Shown one piece after another: positions 48,721-58,964 of a stretch of 64,000 nt of DNA; within the stretch, counting starts at the first letter, position 1, and each line of letters begins with the position of its first letter. This stretch comes from Candidatus Caldarchaeum sp. (lineage in GTDB: Archaea > Thermoproteota > Nitrososphaeria_A > Caldarchaeales > Caldarchaeaceae), in assembly GCA_038885755.1 (NCBI GenBank), contig JAVZZH010000003.1, positions 32,001-96,000 on the forward strand. Direction: 5' to 3'. The position numbers and the translations under genes were made by a program. Under the pieces are notes generated by a model that had not been told where the DNA came from, ran no database searches, and worked only from the letters and a program-made list of their open reading frames with translations.

Positions 48721-50090
48721 ACCATCAGCGGGACCTGCAGTAGCAGTAGAAGTAAGGCGATGAGAACTGTTGGGAACGTTGTGGCGGAGCCGGCCAAAAT
48801 CCACTGCCTGAGCGTCATGTGTATGCGTTTACGTCTCTCAAGCAGGCCTACAGCAACTATGTTTGCTGTGCTGCCTATGATGGTTAAGTTGCCCCAGAAG
48901 GTTCCTGCGAACAGCATGGTCCACCAGAGCGGGAAGGCGTTTATTCCGAATTCTCCAAGTGTTTTGATTACAGGTATCCATGTAGCTACGGCCAGCACGT
49001 TGTCCATGAAGGCGGACATCAGCCCCGCGAGAACAGTTAGCAGCAGCATGATTACCGGGATATCCACCCCCACCTCCAGAATCATCCCAGCGAAAACCTT
49101 CGTTGCCCCGGTGTGAACGAGTGTCCCGACGCTTGCGAAGAAGGTCATGAAGAAAAGCAGCGTCCACCAGTCTATCCTCCTCTCGACAAGCTCTCTCGCT
49201 CTATCCCGTTCGAGTAGGAGCACGAATCCGGCGAAGAACAGCGGGACTCCGAGGAGCATGACGTTTTTCTCCAGCCCCAACAACTTCTCCATCTCGGCGT
49301 GCAGAACGAGGGCAGCTATCATCAACAGGAAGACGACGGCGGGCAGTCTTACGTCGGGCTTGTCATCCGCCTCAACGAGAACAACCTGCCTGCTTTCCGC
49401 CTTCATGGCAGCGCCCAACTGTGAAATATCTTGCCGGAATAAGTAGAGGTTAATGGCGATGCACAGAAGCAGAGCAATTGCGGAGATTGGTGTGCTCCAC
49501 CTCAGGAAGTCTAGAAAACCTAGGTCGGCCTGAAACGCTATCAATATTCCCACGGGGTTTCCGATGACTGTTGAGGCGCTTCCGATGTTTGTGGCGAATA
49601 TAGACATCATGATGAAGTTGACTGGGTTGAGGTTATACCTCGTGGTGAAGTCCAGCAGTATGGCCACCATGATTAGTATCGAGGTGACTTCATCCACCAA
49701 TGCGGCTAAGACACCCGACATGACCGTGAAGAAGAAGACAAGGACCCTAGGCCTGTTTCCCAATACAGGCAGCAGTTTATCGATCGTGAATTCGAAGAAC
49801 CGTGCGTCCTCAAGGTATCCAACAACGATCATCATGGATGCTAGGAACAGTATGGTGTCCAGATGCGCGTATTCGATGAGTAGCCCGACATCGATGAGGT
49901 TGGCTGCCAGCATGAAGGTTAGCGCGAAGAAGGCGAAAACAAGCCTAAACCTCCAGAACATCAAGGTGGCTCCAATCAACCCACCTAGAACAATCAGAGA
50001 GAGTGTTTGAGCCGTGTTGAGCTTAAGCATGATGGAGAGGACGTATACGCCGGCCAGAACTAGGACGTATCTTATTACTTTGTTCAACAA
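48717..50090 (-). CDS. ArsB/NhaD/SLC13-type ion transporter permease
   Basis: TNIGSASTVIGNP, SAFMDN, GNLTIIGSTAN. Confidence 0.9.
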   Translation of the reverse strand: MLNKVIRYVLVLAGVYVLSIMLKLNTAQTLSLIVLGGLIGATLMFWRFRLVFAFFALTFMLAANLIDVGLLIEYAHLDTILFLASMMIVVGYLEDARFFEFTIDKLLPVLGNRPRVLVFFFTVMSGVLAALVDEVTSILIMVAILLDFTTRYNLNPVNFIMMSIFATNIGSASTVIGNPVGILIAFQADLGFLDFLRWSTPISAIALLLCIAINLYLFRQDISQLGAAMKAESRQVVLVEADDKPDVRLPAVVFLLMIAALVLHAEMEKLLGLEKNVMLLGVPLFFAGFVLLLERDRARELVERRIDWWTLLFFMTFFASVGTLVHTGATKVFAGMILEVGVDIPVIMLLLTVLAGLMSAFMDNVLAVATWIPVIKTLGEFGINAFPLWWTMLFAGTFWGNLTIIGSTANIVAVGLLERRKRIHMTLRQWILAGSATTFPTVLIALLLLLLQVPLMV

Positions 50091-50127
50091 CTGCGTAGCA
50101 ACTGGTGGTTTGGAGGATTTATTTTTT

Positions 50128-50409
50128 CTATGCGTGAGAGGAACGTATTGTTTCGAGGATGCTTATCGCCATCCAGAGCTGGGTTCTCGTGAAGGACGGC
50201 ATGTTGGGGTCGTTGATTATCTCCTCGATAAGCTCGATTGAGTTGGCCGCTCTAACAGCCGGGTTGTATTTTTCGTTGAAAAGCTCGTCGGAAGCCTGTT
50301 TAGCTATCCTTCTTATGTTCCGAGGGGTCTCAGTGTCGTTTATTATGGTCTCCAGCAGCTGGACTACCTGCTGGCGTTTTTCCTCCCACTCTTGGCCGGG
50401 CAGCGGCAA
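50128..50409 (-). CDS. UPF0147 family protein
   Basis: DTETPRNIRR, VRAAN, DPNMPSFTRT. Confidence 0.9.
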   Translation of the reverse strand: MPLPGQEWEEKRQQVVQLLETIINDTETPRNIRRIAKQASDELFNEKYNPAVRAANSIELIEEIINDPNMPSFTRTQLWMAISILETIRSSHA

Positions 50410-50469
50410 AGCCGAAGCACCTCGTCAAAACGCTGTCCATACAGTCGAATAACGTGCTTAAAACCCTTT

Positions 50470-52137
50470 TCAGCTGCAGACGGCGCCTTTGCTCGCCGAC
50501 CCGACCAGCTTGGCGTACTTCGCCAAGACGCCTGAGGAGTAGCGGGGCTTGGGAGGAGTCCACGCCTGCAGTCGTTTCGCGATCTCGGCTTCGTCAAGCT
50601 CTACGTCGAGCCTGCGCCGGGGTACGTCGATGACGATGGTGTCGCCGTTTCGGACAGCAGCCAGAGGCCCGCCCACCGCTGCCTCCGGCGAGACGTGGCC
50701 AACCATGAGGCCGTGGGTCGCTCCTGAGAACCTTCCGTCGGTTATCAACGCTACCTTCTCCTTCAACCCCTGTCCTACCACGAGCGCCGTGACGGCCAGC
50801 ATCTCTCTCATCCCCGGCCCTCCCTTGGGGCCTTCGTACCTTATGACGACGACGTCGCCCGCGACTATCTCACGGCGCAGGAGCGCTCTGTAAGCCTCTT
50901 CCTCGGAGTCGTAGACTTTCGCAGGCCCTCTGAAAGTCTCAACTGTGGATGCTGTGGACTTTACCACCGCTCCCTCGGGCGCTAGGTTGCCTTTCAGGAT
51001 GGCTATGCCGCCAGTTGGATGTATTGGGTTGGTGATGGGTCTCACAACCTCTCCGCCTTCCCCGGGCTTGAACTCCCGCAGGTTCTCGGCGAGAGTTTTA
51101 CCCGTGACCGTCAGGGTGTCGCCGTGGAGCAGGCCTGCATCGAGAAGCTTCTTCAAGACAACGGGGACGCCGCCCACCCTGTCCAAGTCAACCATCACGA
51201 AACGGCCGCCCGGCCTCATGTCGGCGATGTGTGGAGTTCTCCGGCTTATCCTGTCGAAGACCTCGATGTCGAATTTTACACCCGCCTCGTGGGCGATGGC
51301 TGGCAGGTGAAGGACTGCGTTGGTCGAGCCGCCCATGGCGCTGACAACGGTCGCAGCGTTCTCGAAAGCCTCGTAGGTTAGTATGTCCCGTGGCTTTATG
51401 CCGTTCTCCAGAAGCTTCATCACTTGGACGCCCGACCTGTAAGCCGCGTCGTAAATGCGCTGGTCCACTGCTGGAATGGATGCCGTGCCCGGGAGGGACA
51501 TTCCCATGGCCTCTATTGCCGATGCCATGGTGTTGGCTGTGTACAGGCCTGCGCACGAGCCCTCAGTCGGGCATGCAACCTTCTCCAGCTCGATGAGCTG
51601 CTGGAGCGTCATCTGGCCAGTGCTGTAAGCGCCCACAGCCTCGTAGACATCCTGTATCGTGACATCCCTGCCCATGTACTTGCCGGGGAGGATTGTGCCG
51701 CCGTACAGGAAGACCGAGGGAATGTTGAGCCTTGCCATGGCCATCACGGTTCCTGGAAGGCTTTTGTCGCAGCCCGCTATGCCGACCAAGCCGTCAAACC
51801 TCTGGGCGAAGCACGTCAATTCGATAGAGTCGGCTATGACCTCCCTGCTCACCAGCGAAGCTTTCATCCCCTCCGTGTTCATCGAGATTCCATCGCTTAC
51901 TGCGATGGTGGTGAACTGGATGCCGACGCCCATGCTGTCCCGCACACCGTCCTTCGCCCTCTCAGCCAAACCGTTGAGGTGAAGGTTGCAAGGAGTCACC
52001 TCGTTGCCCGTGCTCGCCACGCCTATGAACGGCTTGGCGAAATCCTCATCCCTCAACCCCACAGCCCTGAGCATAGACCTGTGAGGCGCTCTCTCAGGGC
52101 CCTCGGTAACATCCTTGCTGAAAATCTTACCTGCCAT
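50470..52137 (-). CDS. ilvD: Dihydroxy-acid dehydratase
   Basis: [28 protein letters not shown]. Confidence 0.97.
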   Translation of the reverse strand: MAGKIFSKDVTEGPERAPHRSMLRAVGLRDEDFAKPFIGVASTGNEVTPCNLHLNGLAERAKDGVRDSMGVGIQFTTIAVSDGISMNTEGMKASLVSREVIADSIELTCFAQRFDGLVGIAGCDKSLPGTVMAMARLNIPSVFLYGGTILPGKYMGRDVTIQDVYEAVGAYSTGQMTLQQLIELEKVACPTEGSCAGLYTANTMASAIEAMGMSLPGTASIPAVDQRIYDAAYRSGVQVMKLLENGIKPRDILTYEAFENAATVVSAMGGSTNAVLHLPAIAHEAGVKFDIEVFDRISRRTPHIADMRPGGRFVMVDLDRVGGVPVVLKKLLDAGLLHGDTLTVTGKTLAENLREFKPGEGGEVVRPITNPIHPTGGIAILKGNLAPEGAVVKSTASTVETFRGPAKVYDSEEEAYRALLRREIVAGDVVVIRYEGPKGGPGMREMLAVTALVVGQGLKEKVALITDGRFSGATHGLMVGHVSPEAAVGGPLAAVRNGDTIVIDVPRRRLDVELDEAEIAKRLQAWTPPKPRYSSGVLAKYAKLVGSASKGAVCS

Positions 52138-52190
52138 GAGGCTTTAGCCACGAATCCGGATTTAAATCTTCCTCGGCGTGAATAAGCCTG

Positions 52191-52796
52191 TTGAGGAGAG
52201 GGCTTTATGTTGCGGTTGAGGGAATAGACGGGGCGGGTAAGACGACTCATGCACGGCTTCTCGCAGACAGGCTGAGGAAGGAAGGCTTCAGGGTTGTGAT
52301 GGTTCACGAGCCGTCAGAGAGCGAGGTCGGAAGGGTTTTGAGGAAGGCTTTGAGGACCAAGCGCCTGCCCGAGGATGCTCTGGCTCTCCTGTTTGCAGCC
52401 GACAGGCTGGTTCTCAGGGAAGTGGTGGTTGATGCTTTGGCGAAGGGCTGCGTAGTTGTGTCGGACAGGAGCGTTCTCTCCTCGCTTGCCTACCAAACCG
52501 CTGCGACGGGAAAGAGGAAATGGGTGGAGGAGGTCAACCGGTATGCTCTGAAGCCCGACGTTGTTGTTTTCATCGACATCCCGCCTGAGAAAGCCCTTAG
52601 AAGGCTTGGGAGGTCTCGTCAGAGGTATGAGACGGCTGCATTCCTCAGAAAAGTCCGGAGAGAGTATCTAAGGACCCTGCGAAGGTTCCGCAGGGTTGTC
52701 GCAGTCAGCGACGACAAGCCGGTTGACGAGGTTAGCCGTGAGGTATACGAAGGGGTTAAGCCTTTTTTGAGAAGACTTCATCGGCGGCGGCCCTGA
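52191..52796 (+). CDS. tmk: Thymidylate kinase
   Basis: EGIDGAGKTT, LFAADR, DR..SSLAYQ. Confidence 0.93.
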   Translation: MRRGLYVAVEGIDGAGKTTHARLLADRLRKEGFRVVMVHEPSESEVGRVLRKALRTKRLPEDALALLFAADRLVLREVVVDALAKGCVVVSDRSVLSSLAYQTAATGKRKWVEEVNRYALKPDVVVFIDIPPEKALRRLGRSRQRYETAAFLRKVRREYLRTLRRFRRVVAVSDDKPVDEVSREVYEGVKPFLRRLHRRRP

Positions 52797-53916
52797 CCGA
52801 GTCAACCTTCTGAACATCCCGGTCGACATACACTCGGACGAGCTTGAGGGGTTTGGATAGCTGCTGCAGTATCCACGACTCGGTTTCGACGGGTGGGTGG
52901 ATTTTGATTTCGCCGGGCCCGTACTTGGTCAACGGCGGTGCGTACGAGAAGTCGACGAACACCTTGACCGGGTCCAGGCCTGCTTCGTCGGCCACCGTCT
53001 TCTCGACCTCCTCCCTGTCCTTCAAGTCCAGCCGAGGCCCGTCCCCGCCGAAGAACTGTCTCTCGAACACGCTTCTTGGCAGAACACGCCTCTCAAGCCT
53101 CCTGATGACCCAGCGTGTCTCCTCTCTGCTCCTCAGCAAACACCAAGTAGTGAAGTCGTCGTGCTCAAGGTACTCGTCGACAGTCATTCCGCCGAAGTCT
53201 AGATCGTCGCTGAGGATGATCGCTCCACGCAGCAGCAGAAGCTGAGCCGCCCTGACTGCGTGGTGAAAGTAGATGTTGATGAACGAGTGGTATCTAGCCA
53301 TGGCCAGCTCCTCGACGGCCCCAATCACCCGGCTGTCGACCGCAGGCCCGTCATCGAGCAGCTTCGTCAGTCTTATTATCCTCTTGACGTCGACGACGCC
53401 GTAGGTCGCTCCTGAGAAGTACGAGTCTCTGACGAGGAAGTCTAAACGGTCTACGTCTAAAGGTCCCGAGATTAAGCCGCTCAGCTTGCTCCGGCCTCTG
53501 AGCATGTCGACGACGTCGTCCACACTTACGCCCATTTGTCTCAATTCTTTCGACACCTCCCCGTCCTGCTGTATGATTCTAATGCTCATGTCCTCGTGGC
53601 TTAGGCCTTTCACGACTAGGAGCTCTTCAAGAAGATGGGAGAAGGGGGTGTGGCCCGCGTCGTGCAGTAGGGCTGCGACCCTCACCAAGGTTTTCTCCGA
53701 CTCGTCTAGACGCAGGTGGTCGGCGAACTCTCCCGCCAGATGCATGCATCCGAGCGAGTGGTCAAACCTGCTGTGCCGTGCTCCGGGGTAGACTAGGTGG
53801 ACTAGCGGCAGCTGGCTTATTCGTCTGAGCCTCTGGACGGTTCTCGAGTCGACTAGGCCCAGCTCTTGCTCCGTAAGGGTGATGTAGCCGTGTACTGGGT
53901 CCTTGACCAGCTTCAA
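52756..53916 (-). CDS. HD-domain phosphohydrolase, SAMHD1/dNTPase-like
   Basis: DPVHG, QRLRRISQL, HSRFDHSLG, LLHDAGH, DVDRLDFLVRD. Confidence 0.92.
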   Translation of the reverse strand: MKLVKDPVHGYITLTEQELGLVDSRTVQRLRRISQLPLVHLVYPGARHSRFDHSLGCMHLAGEFADHLRLDESEKTLVRVAALLHDAGHTPFSHLLEELLVVKGLSHEDMSIRIIQQDGEVSKELRQMGVSVDDVVDMLRGRSKLSGLISGPLDVDRLDFLVRDSYFSGATYGVVDVKRIIRLTKLLDDGPAVDSRVIGAVEELAMARYHSFINIYFHHAVRAAQLLLLRGAIILSDDLDFGGMTVDEYLEHDDFTTWCLLRSREETRWVIRRLERRVLPRSVFERQFFGGDGPRLDLKDREEVEKTVADEAGLDPVKVFVDFSYAPPLTKYGPGEIKIHPPVETESWILQQLSKPLKLVRVYVDRDVQKVDSVRAAADEVFSKKA

Positions 53917-53950
53917 ACCATTTTCTCTGATGGGCCGCCTCCAATAAGGT

Positions 53951-54295
53951 TTAACGGCTGAGCTTTACGTTTCTAACCCAGACCACGGCGCCCTGCGGAT
54001 GCCTATACTTCAGAGGCTTCTTGAACCGTTTGACAACCTTCAAGACCCAGCCGTACCTGTATCTGGTGCTTGCCCCCAAATGATAGCGTCTAAGCCTGAA
54101 AATCTCGCTCCTGCTCAGAGGCCCTCGAACACCAACAATCCTGACCACTCCCAAGGCGTATCCTCCGGACAGCAGGTAGATGTTCTTGCCGAGCTTGCCG
54201 GCCGGCGCAGGCCACCGCCTCATCTCCCACTTCTTCCGCCCCGAAATTATCAGTCCAGCGTAGGGCTGCTTTACTACCAGCCCGTCCAAGCTCAT
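53951..54295 (-). CDS. ASCH-domain protein
   Basis: KQPYAGLIISGRKKWEMR (GxKxxExR). Confidence 0.88.
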   Translation of the reverse strand: MSLDGLVVKQPYAGLIISGRKKWEMRRWPAPAGKLGKNIYLLSGGYALGVVRIVGVRGPLSRSEIFRLRRYHLGASTRYRYGWVLKVVKRFKKPLKYRHPQGAVVWVRNVKLSR

Positions 54296-54696
54296 TCCTC
54301 GAACTCTCGAGAATCCATCTTAAGCCCGAGGTATGTGTAGGCAGCTGTCTTGACCGCCTTGAGAGGTAGGAGGGCGCACTTGACTCTCACGGGCCCTACT
54401 TCTATCCCCAGCATGTCGAAGACGTGCTGCTTGTCGAGAGCTTTTATATCGTCAAGCTTCTTGCCCTGAATAGACTCGATGAGCATCGAAGTTGAGGCTT
54501 GGCTGATGGCGCATCCATGCCCACGGAAGCTGGCTTTTTCAACCACGCCGTCGGCGTTTATCTTGAGGTAAACCTCCACAACATCTCCGCACAGCGGGTT
54601 CGAGTCCTTCACCTTGACCGAGGCATCCTTCAGCTCTCCGTAGTTGCGTGGGTTGCGGTAGTGGTCGAGAATAACCTCGAACTGAGACTCGCTCAA
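54292..54696 (-). CDS. sufU: Fe-S assembly SufU/IscU-like protein
   Basis: ILDHYRNPRN, NPLCGD, GCAISQAS, RVKCALL. Confidence 0.92.
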   Translation of the reverse strand: MSESQFEVILDHYRNPRNYGELKDASVKVKDSNPLCGDVVEVYLKINADGVVEKASFRGHGCAISQASTSMLIESIQGKKLDDIKALDKQHVFDMLGIEVGPVRVKCALLPLKAVKTAAYTYLGLKMDSREFEE

Positions 54697-54798
54697 ACTC
54701 GTCTATCCAACCAACAGCCCGAATTTAATGTTTCAAAAACACCAAAGCCGCGAAACGACGTTAAAAACCTTATAAACGCTGCAGAACCAGTGAAAAAC

Positions 54799-55665
54799 GT
54801 GTCTCTACGTGAGTTGATAGATTTAGTTGAGACGTTGAAAAGCCGTATCAAAAAACATCACGACGAGCTGCAAAAGAACGAGACACTAACCAGATATGTC
54901 TTGGTCGACCCGTTGCTCAGGGCTTTGGGATGGGACACGGAAAACCCGGAGCTGCTCGTCCCAGAGATGACCACGCAGTCAGGTAGGCCCGACTATACGC
55001 TGCTGCATAACGGACAGAAAATTGCTTTCGTCGGAGTAAAAGCACTCGGCAAGCCGGAAGACCTGATTAAGCAACTTTCTTACTGTGTAGCGGAAGGCGT
55101 TAGATATTTCATCGCAACAGATGGAGCAAAGTGGGAAGTTTATGACACACGGATTCAGAAACCTCTGGCGGAGAAACGCATAGCCGAGTGGGACATGGAA
55201 TCCATGGATGCGGGCGAGGTGGTTAGACGCGCTTTCTCCATAATGCGGCATGCAGGCGTGGGCATGCCTCCGCAAATCATCGAGTTTCCCAAACCTGAAG
55301 GAACTCCTCTATCACGGATAACTCCTAAACATCACGAAAAACTCAAGTTCACAAAAATAGTTTTTCCCGATGGGAAGAGCTTCGACCTCGAATATTGGAG
55401 AGACTTGTTGGTGGCTACGGTTGAATGGCTGTCCTCAACAGATAAACTCAAACCACCAGTCAAACTACCTCGCGGCTCTACCTACTTAGTGAACACCGAG
55501 CCAAAACACGCCGACGGCAGACGATTTTTAAGCATTAGACAGGTTGGAAACCTATTTGTCGAAACAAATTTCAACAACAAGGATATCGTGAAGCACACCA
55601 AATACCTGCTCCAACAACACGGAGTGGACGCCAACCACGTATTTCTGCACACCCAGAGTGAGTAG
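54799..55665 (+). CDS. HsdR_N-like restriction endonuclease domain protein with C-terminal putative DNA-binding domain
   Basis: NETLTRYVLVDPLLRALGWD, PDY, FVGVK, ATDGAKW; TTATAAA ~25 nt before GTG 54799. Confidence 0.75.
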   Translation: MSLRELIDLVETLKSRIKKHHDELQKNETLTRYVLVDPLLRALGWDTENPELLVPEMTTQSGRPDYTLLHNGQKIAFVGVKALGKPEDLIKQLSYCVAEGVRYFIATDGAKWEVYDTRIQKPLAEKRIAEWDMESMDAGEVVRRAFSIMRHAGVGMPPQIIEFPKPEGTPLSRITPKHHEKLKFTKIVFPDGKSFDLEYWRDLLVATVEWLSSTDKLKPPVKLPRGSTYLVNTEPKHADGRRFLSIRQVGNLFVETNFNNKDIVKHTKYLLQQHGVDANHVFLHTQSE

Positions 55666-56107
55666 CTCGGAAGGCCCCGCATCCCCACTATATAGAGTCT
55701 TCCCTGACGGAATACCAGCCTCTATTTCCCCAGCCTGCGTATGTCGTAGACTCTGAGGATGTCCCTGAACACGTCTGGGACCGAAGTCCTATCGCCACTA
55801 GGGCCGCCACGTCTCCGGCTGTTCGCCGCGGTATCTGGACTGGGTCTAGGTAGGCAGCATGGACGCCTTTTCCGATAGCAAGCCATGACGTGAAAGCCAT
55901 AAAATCTGTCTCAGACAAACTGGTAGCCATGAGCAGCGGGATAAAATCGCTGAAGGCGTTCACAGCAAGGTAATTATTTCAGCAGAGGTTATGAATCGTA
56001 TTTGGGTGTTGGTGGTAGAAATTCTGATTGCGAGCTATATAAAAGGCGTGCCAGTTTTAGATAATGTAAACTCATAGGTAAACGGTATTGCTGCTGTTTA
56101 CCTATGT

Positions 56108-56611
56108 TTAACGCGTTCTTTTGGGCTGGATACGCCATCGTGGTGAATGTTCCCGTCTGTAGAGGAGAAACTCCCGCTCAACCTGCATGACCTGCGTAGC
56201 AAAATTGTTTTTGTATGTTTTGTGCCTGGCTATAACTATGCCGACATCATTCCGGTCTGATGCTTCTCTTGTTTCTAAAATCTCTGTCACTACGTGTAAC
56301 GTGTCGCCGTCGAATACGGGGGCGAGCATTTTTAGGTCTCTAACCTCTATCTCCCGCGCAACATTCATAAAATCTTCGGAAGCGATGCCGTAAGTTATCC
56401 CAAGAACCATCGTCACGACAAGAAGCGGTTGTTTGAACTCTGTAAACTGCATGCATTCTCTGTCAAAATGGATGCTGGCTGTATTAAGTAATGTGTGGGA
56501 AAAAAATAAGTTATCCTGGAAGGTGACTGTTCTGCCTAGGCGATGAACTATGGTCTGCCCTGGCTTGACATCTTCGAAAAACAACCCAGCATAACCTGAA
56601 AACGCTTTCAA
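56108..56611 (-). CDS. MaoC-family (hot-dog) dehydratase
   Basis: GLFFEDVKPG, GRTVT, IHFD, PVFDGDTL. Confidence 0.88.
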   Translation of the reverse strand: MKAFSGYAGLFFEDVKPGQTIVHRLGRTVTFQDNLFFSHTLLNTASIHFDRECMQFTEFKQPLLVVTMVLGITYGIASEDFMNVAREIEVRDLKMLAPVFDGDTLHVVTEILETREASDRNDVGIVIARHKTYKNNFATQVMQVEREFLLYRREHSPRWRIQPKRTR

Positions 56612-56613
56612 AG

Positions 56614-57138
56614 TTATGTCCCACGCACCTTCTTAAGATACTCCCGCCATGGAGAGCTGGACCGCTTGAAGACGAGGTTCGTCCTTTTTATCTCGCCAAC
56701 CAACTCGTTATTCTGATTGTAGCCACGATGCAGCCAAGTGACTATGCCCGCGTTGGGACGTGACCTTGATTCGCGGACGTCGATGACCTCTGTCTCAACA
56801 TACAGCGTGTCGCCGGGATATAGCTGCCTATGGATTCTCATGTAATCAGCCTGCAGGAAAGCCATTGTGTTCATGCTGCTGTCCTTAACACTCATAGCTA
56901 GCAGCGCGTTCAAAACGACCAGAGGATGTATGATGATTCTACCAGATTCCGCAACCTTCGCATATTCTTTATCGATGTACAGCGGTGTGCAGTCTCCCGT
57001 GAACGAAAGCCAGCTATAGTTGTCGTATTCCGTGAAAGTTCGGCCCGGCCATGAGATGATCTTCATACCGACTTTGAAGTCTTCGAAGTATGGCCCTTCG
57101 CCGTCCCATGGCGGAGCCTGCATCTCCTCCCCTGTCAT
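56614..57138 (-). CDS. MaoC-family (hot-dog) dehydratase
   Basis: GPYFEDFKVG, GRTFTEYDN, YPGDTL, RESRSRP. Confidence 0.88.
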   Translation of the reverse strand: MTGEEMQAPPWDGEGPYFEDFKVGMKIISWPGRTFTEYDNYSWLSFTGDCTPLYIDKEYAKVAESGRIIIHPLVVLNALLAMSVKDSSMNTMAFLQADYMRIHRQLYPGDTLYVETEVIDVRESRSRPNAGIVTWLHRGYNQNNELVGEIKRTNLVFKRSSSPWREYLKKVRGT

Positions 57139-57142
57139 GTTT

Positions 57143-58360
57143 CTATACCTCTCCGTAAGACCTCGGCATCCCCAGAATGTTTGTGGCGACGAAGTTTAAC
57201 ACCATGTGAGGCGATATCTGTGCAAAGACAAGGAACTCGCTTCCACGCCACAGCCTCTCCACATCCATGTCGACTGAATATCCATACCCTCCAAGCGTCA
57301 GAACAGCTTCCCTACATGCAAGCGCACACGCCTCGGCTGCAGCATATTTTGCAGCATTTGAATAATAGCCGACCTGCTTAGGTTCTCCTCCGTTGTCGAT
57401 GAGCTCTAATGCCTTCCACTTCAGGGCATCAGCGGCCTCTAGCCTTATCCATGCATCGGCTAGGGGAAACTGAATGCCTTGATACTTAGCTATTGGGTCG
57501 GGAGGAAATACAACCCTTTGCATGGCGTATTCCACAGCTTTTTTGACAGCATACCTGCCCATGGAGACGCATTGTCCAGCAATGAGTGTACGCTCGACGT
57601 TAGCTCCTTCAAGCAGGTGGTAAAAGCCTCTCACCTCGTCGCCCAGCAAATGGTCAGCAGGCACTGCAAGCTCATCGATATACATCATGTTGGTGTCGAT
57701 GGGGCGTCTAACGTTATTAGGTATTTCCTCCACTTTAATCTCCTTCCCCAGGGAATTTCTGAGATCTACTAGGAACAGGGCTATTCCCTCAGTTTTCTTT
57801 TTCGCCTCCTCGTAGGGTATCACTCTGGCAGCTATAATTCCCAAATGCGAGTATCGAACTCTGGAGATGAAAGCTTTCTGACCGTTGATGATGTAGTAGT
57901 CTCCCTCGCGTCTGGCTATAGTCTTCATACATAGCGTGTTAAACCCGGTTTGAGGTTCTGTGACCGCAAAGACTTGGAACCTCAGCCGGCCTTTCGCCAC
58001 CTCAGGCAAATACTTGTGCTTAACCTCATCCTTTCCATACTTCACTAACATGTGGTTGTTGAAGAAACCTCCATGAATACTGTTCGAAGCCACTACACCT
58101 CCGGGGGAGGCAGCTATCTCCTCCAAGGTTATGTCAATCTCTGTCACACCGTAGCCAGAGCCCCCGTATTCCTCAGGGATGTTAACACCCATCAGCCCGT
58201 GTTTTTCGACTTCCTGGACGAATTCTAAGGGGAACCTCCTCTCTTCATCCATTTTCATCCAGTATCTAGAGCCATAGTTATTCATTATGGACTTGACGGT
58301 GTTCTTTGCAAGTTCTATAAACTCTTTTCTCTGCTTGTTGAGCCACCACACGGTCTTCAC
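57143..58360 (-). CDS. Acyl-CoA dehydrogenase
   Basis: IPEEYGG, AVTEP, INGQKAFIS, YQGIQFPLA, LGGYGY. Confidence 0.93.
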   Translation of the reverse strand: MKTVWWLNKQRKEFIELAKNTVKSIMNNYGSRYWMKMDEERRFPLEFVQEVEKHGLMGVNIPEEYGGSGYGVTEIDITLEEIAASPGGVVASNSIHGGFFNNHMLVKYGKDEVKHKYLPEVAKGRLRFQVFAVTEPQTGFNTLCMKTIARREGDYYIINGQKAFISRVRYSHLGIIAARVIPYEEAKKKTEGIALFLVDLRNSLGKEIKVEEIPNNVRRPIDTNMMYIDELAVPADHLLGDEVRGFYHLLEGANVERTLIAGQCVSMGRYAVKKAVEYAMQRVVFPPDPIAKYQGIQFPLADAWIRLEAADALKWKALELIDNGGEPKQVGYYSNAAKYAAAEACALACREAVLTLGGYGYSVDMDVERLWRGSEFLVFAQISPHMVLNFVATNILGMPRSYGEV

Positions 58361-58401
58361 TAGACATAGGGTTGGTAATATAGATTTTCGGACGCTGAGA
58401 A

Positions 58402-58884
58402 GGCACCGTCATTCAAGATGGTTGTTTAGCGTCTGCAAAGACCCGCCAGCCCCTCTACGTCCTAGTAGCCATCGACGCCTTTGACGAATGCCGGCTCCTT
58501 TATAGCCGCGAGCTGGGGTTCGGGAGGTTTATAGTGGTTTATGGGGCCGTAGGGTAATAATGTCTGGTTGGATATTGGTGTGGATTCTTGAGAGCTTTTG
58601 GCTCTGGAGGCGTCCCTTAGAAAGAGCTGTTTGAAAGCTATCAGGTTTCTGAAGAGTCCTTAAACAAACCTAGAGGGGCTGGACTGGATTGTGAGCTTCA
58701 GGGGTTTGCTATGAGGAACGGTGTTGAGATGTTCTTCAGATACCTGAAGGAGAGCACTACAAGCCTAGCGCCAAAAACTATATACAGAGGATAACAAACC
58801 TCAACCAATTCCTCAAACTCTTCGAACTCTACAACCAAACCATCTGAGACGGAGATGGCTAACCATGCTCATCCCGACAATACT
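58402..58884 (+). mobile_element. Degraded IS6-family transposase remnant(s)
   Basis: Frameshifted fragments LYVLVAID, VWLDIGVDS*ELLALEAS, MRNGVEMFFRYLKE; right end CTCATCCCGACAATACT matches the 63.2-kb element terminal repeat at 13/17; left end uncertain. Confidence 0.7.
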
Positions 58885-58964
58885 CCTAACGCCTAAAGAA
58901 AAGCTCGAATAAGGTTGAAAGCGCTCGACGATGAAAGAGAATGTTCAGTCGTTCCAAAAGGTTC

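Noticed and set aside
4408-52185. Many long antisense or alternate-frame ORFs (e.g. 4408-5055, 9317-10087, 29564-30325, 51424-52185)
   Set aside because: Shadows of GC-rich codon usage in well-supported genes; no motifs of their own
55688-55963. 91-aa minus-strand ORF
   Set aside because: No family motif recognised; may be a decayed gene fragment
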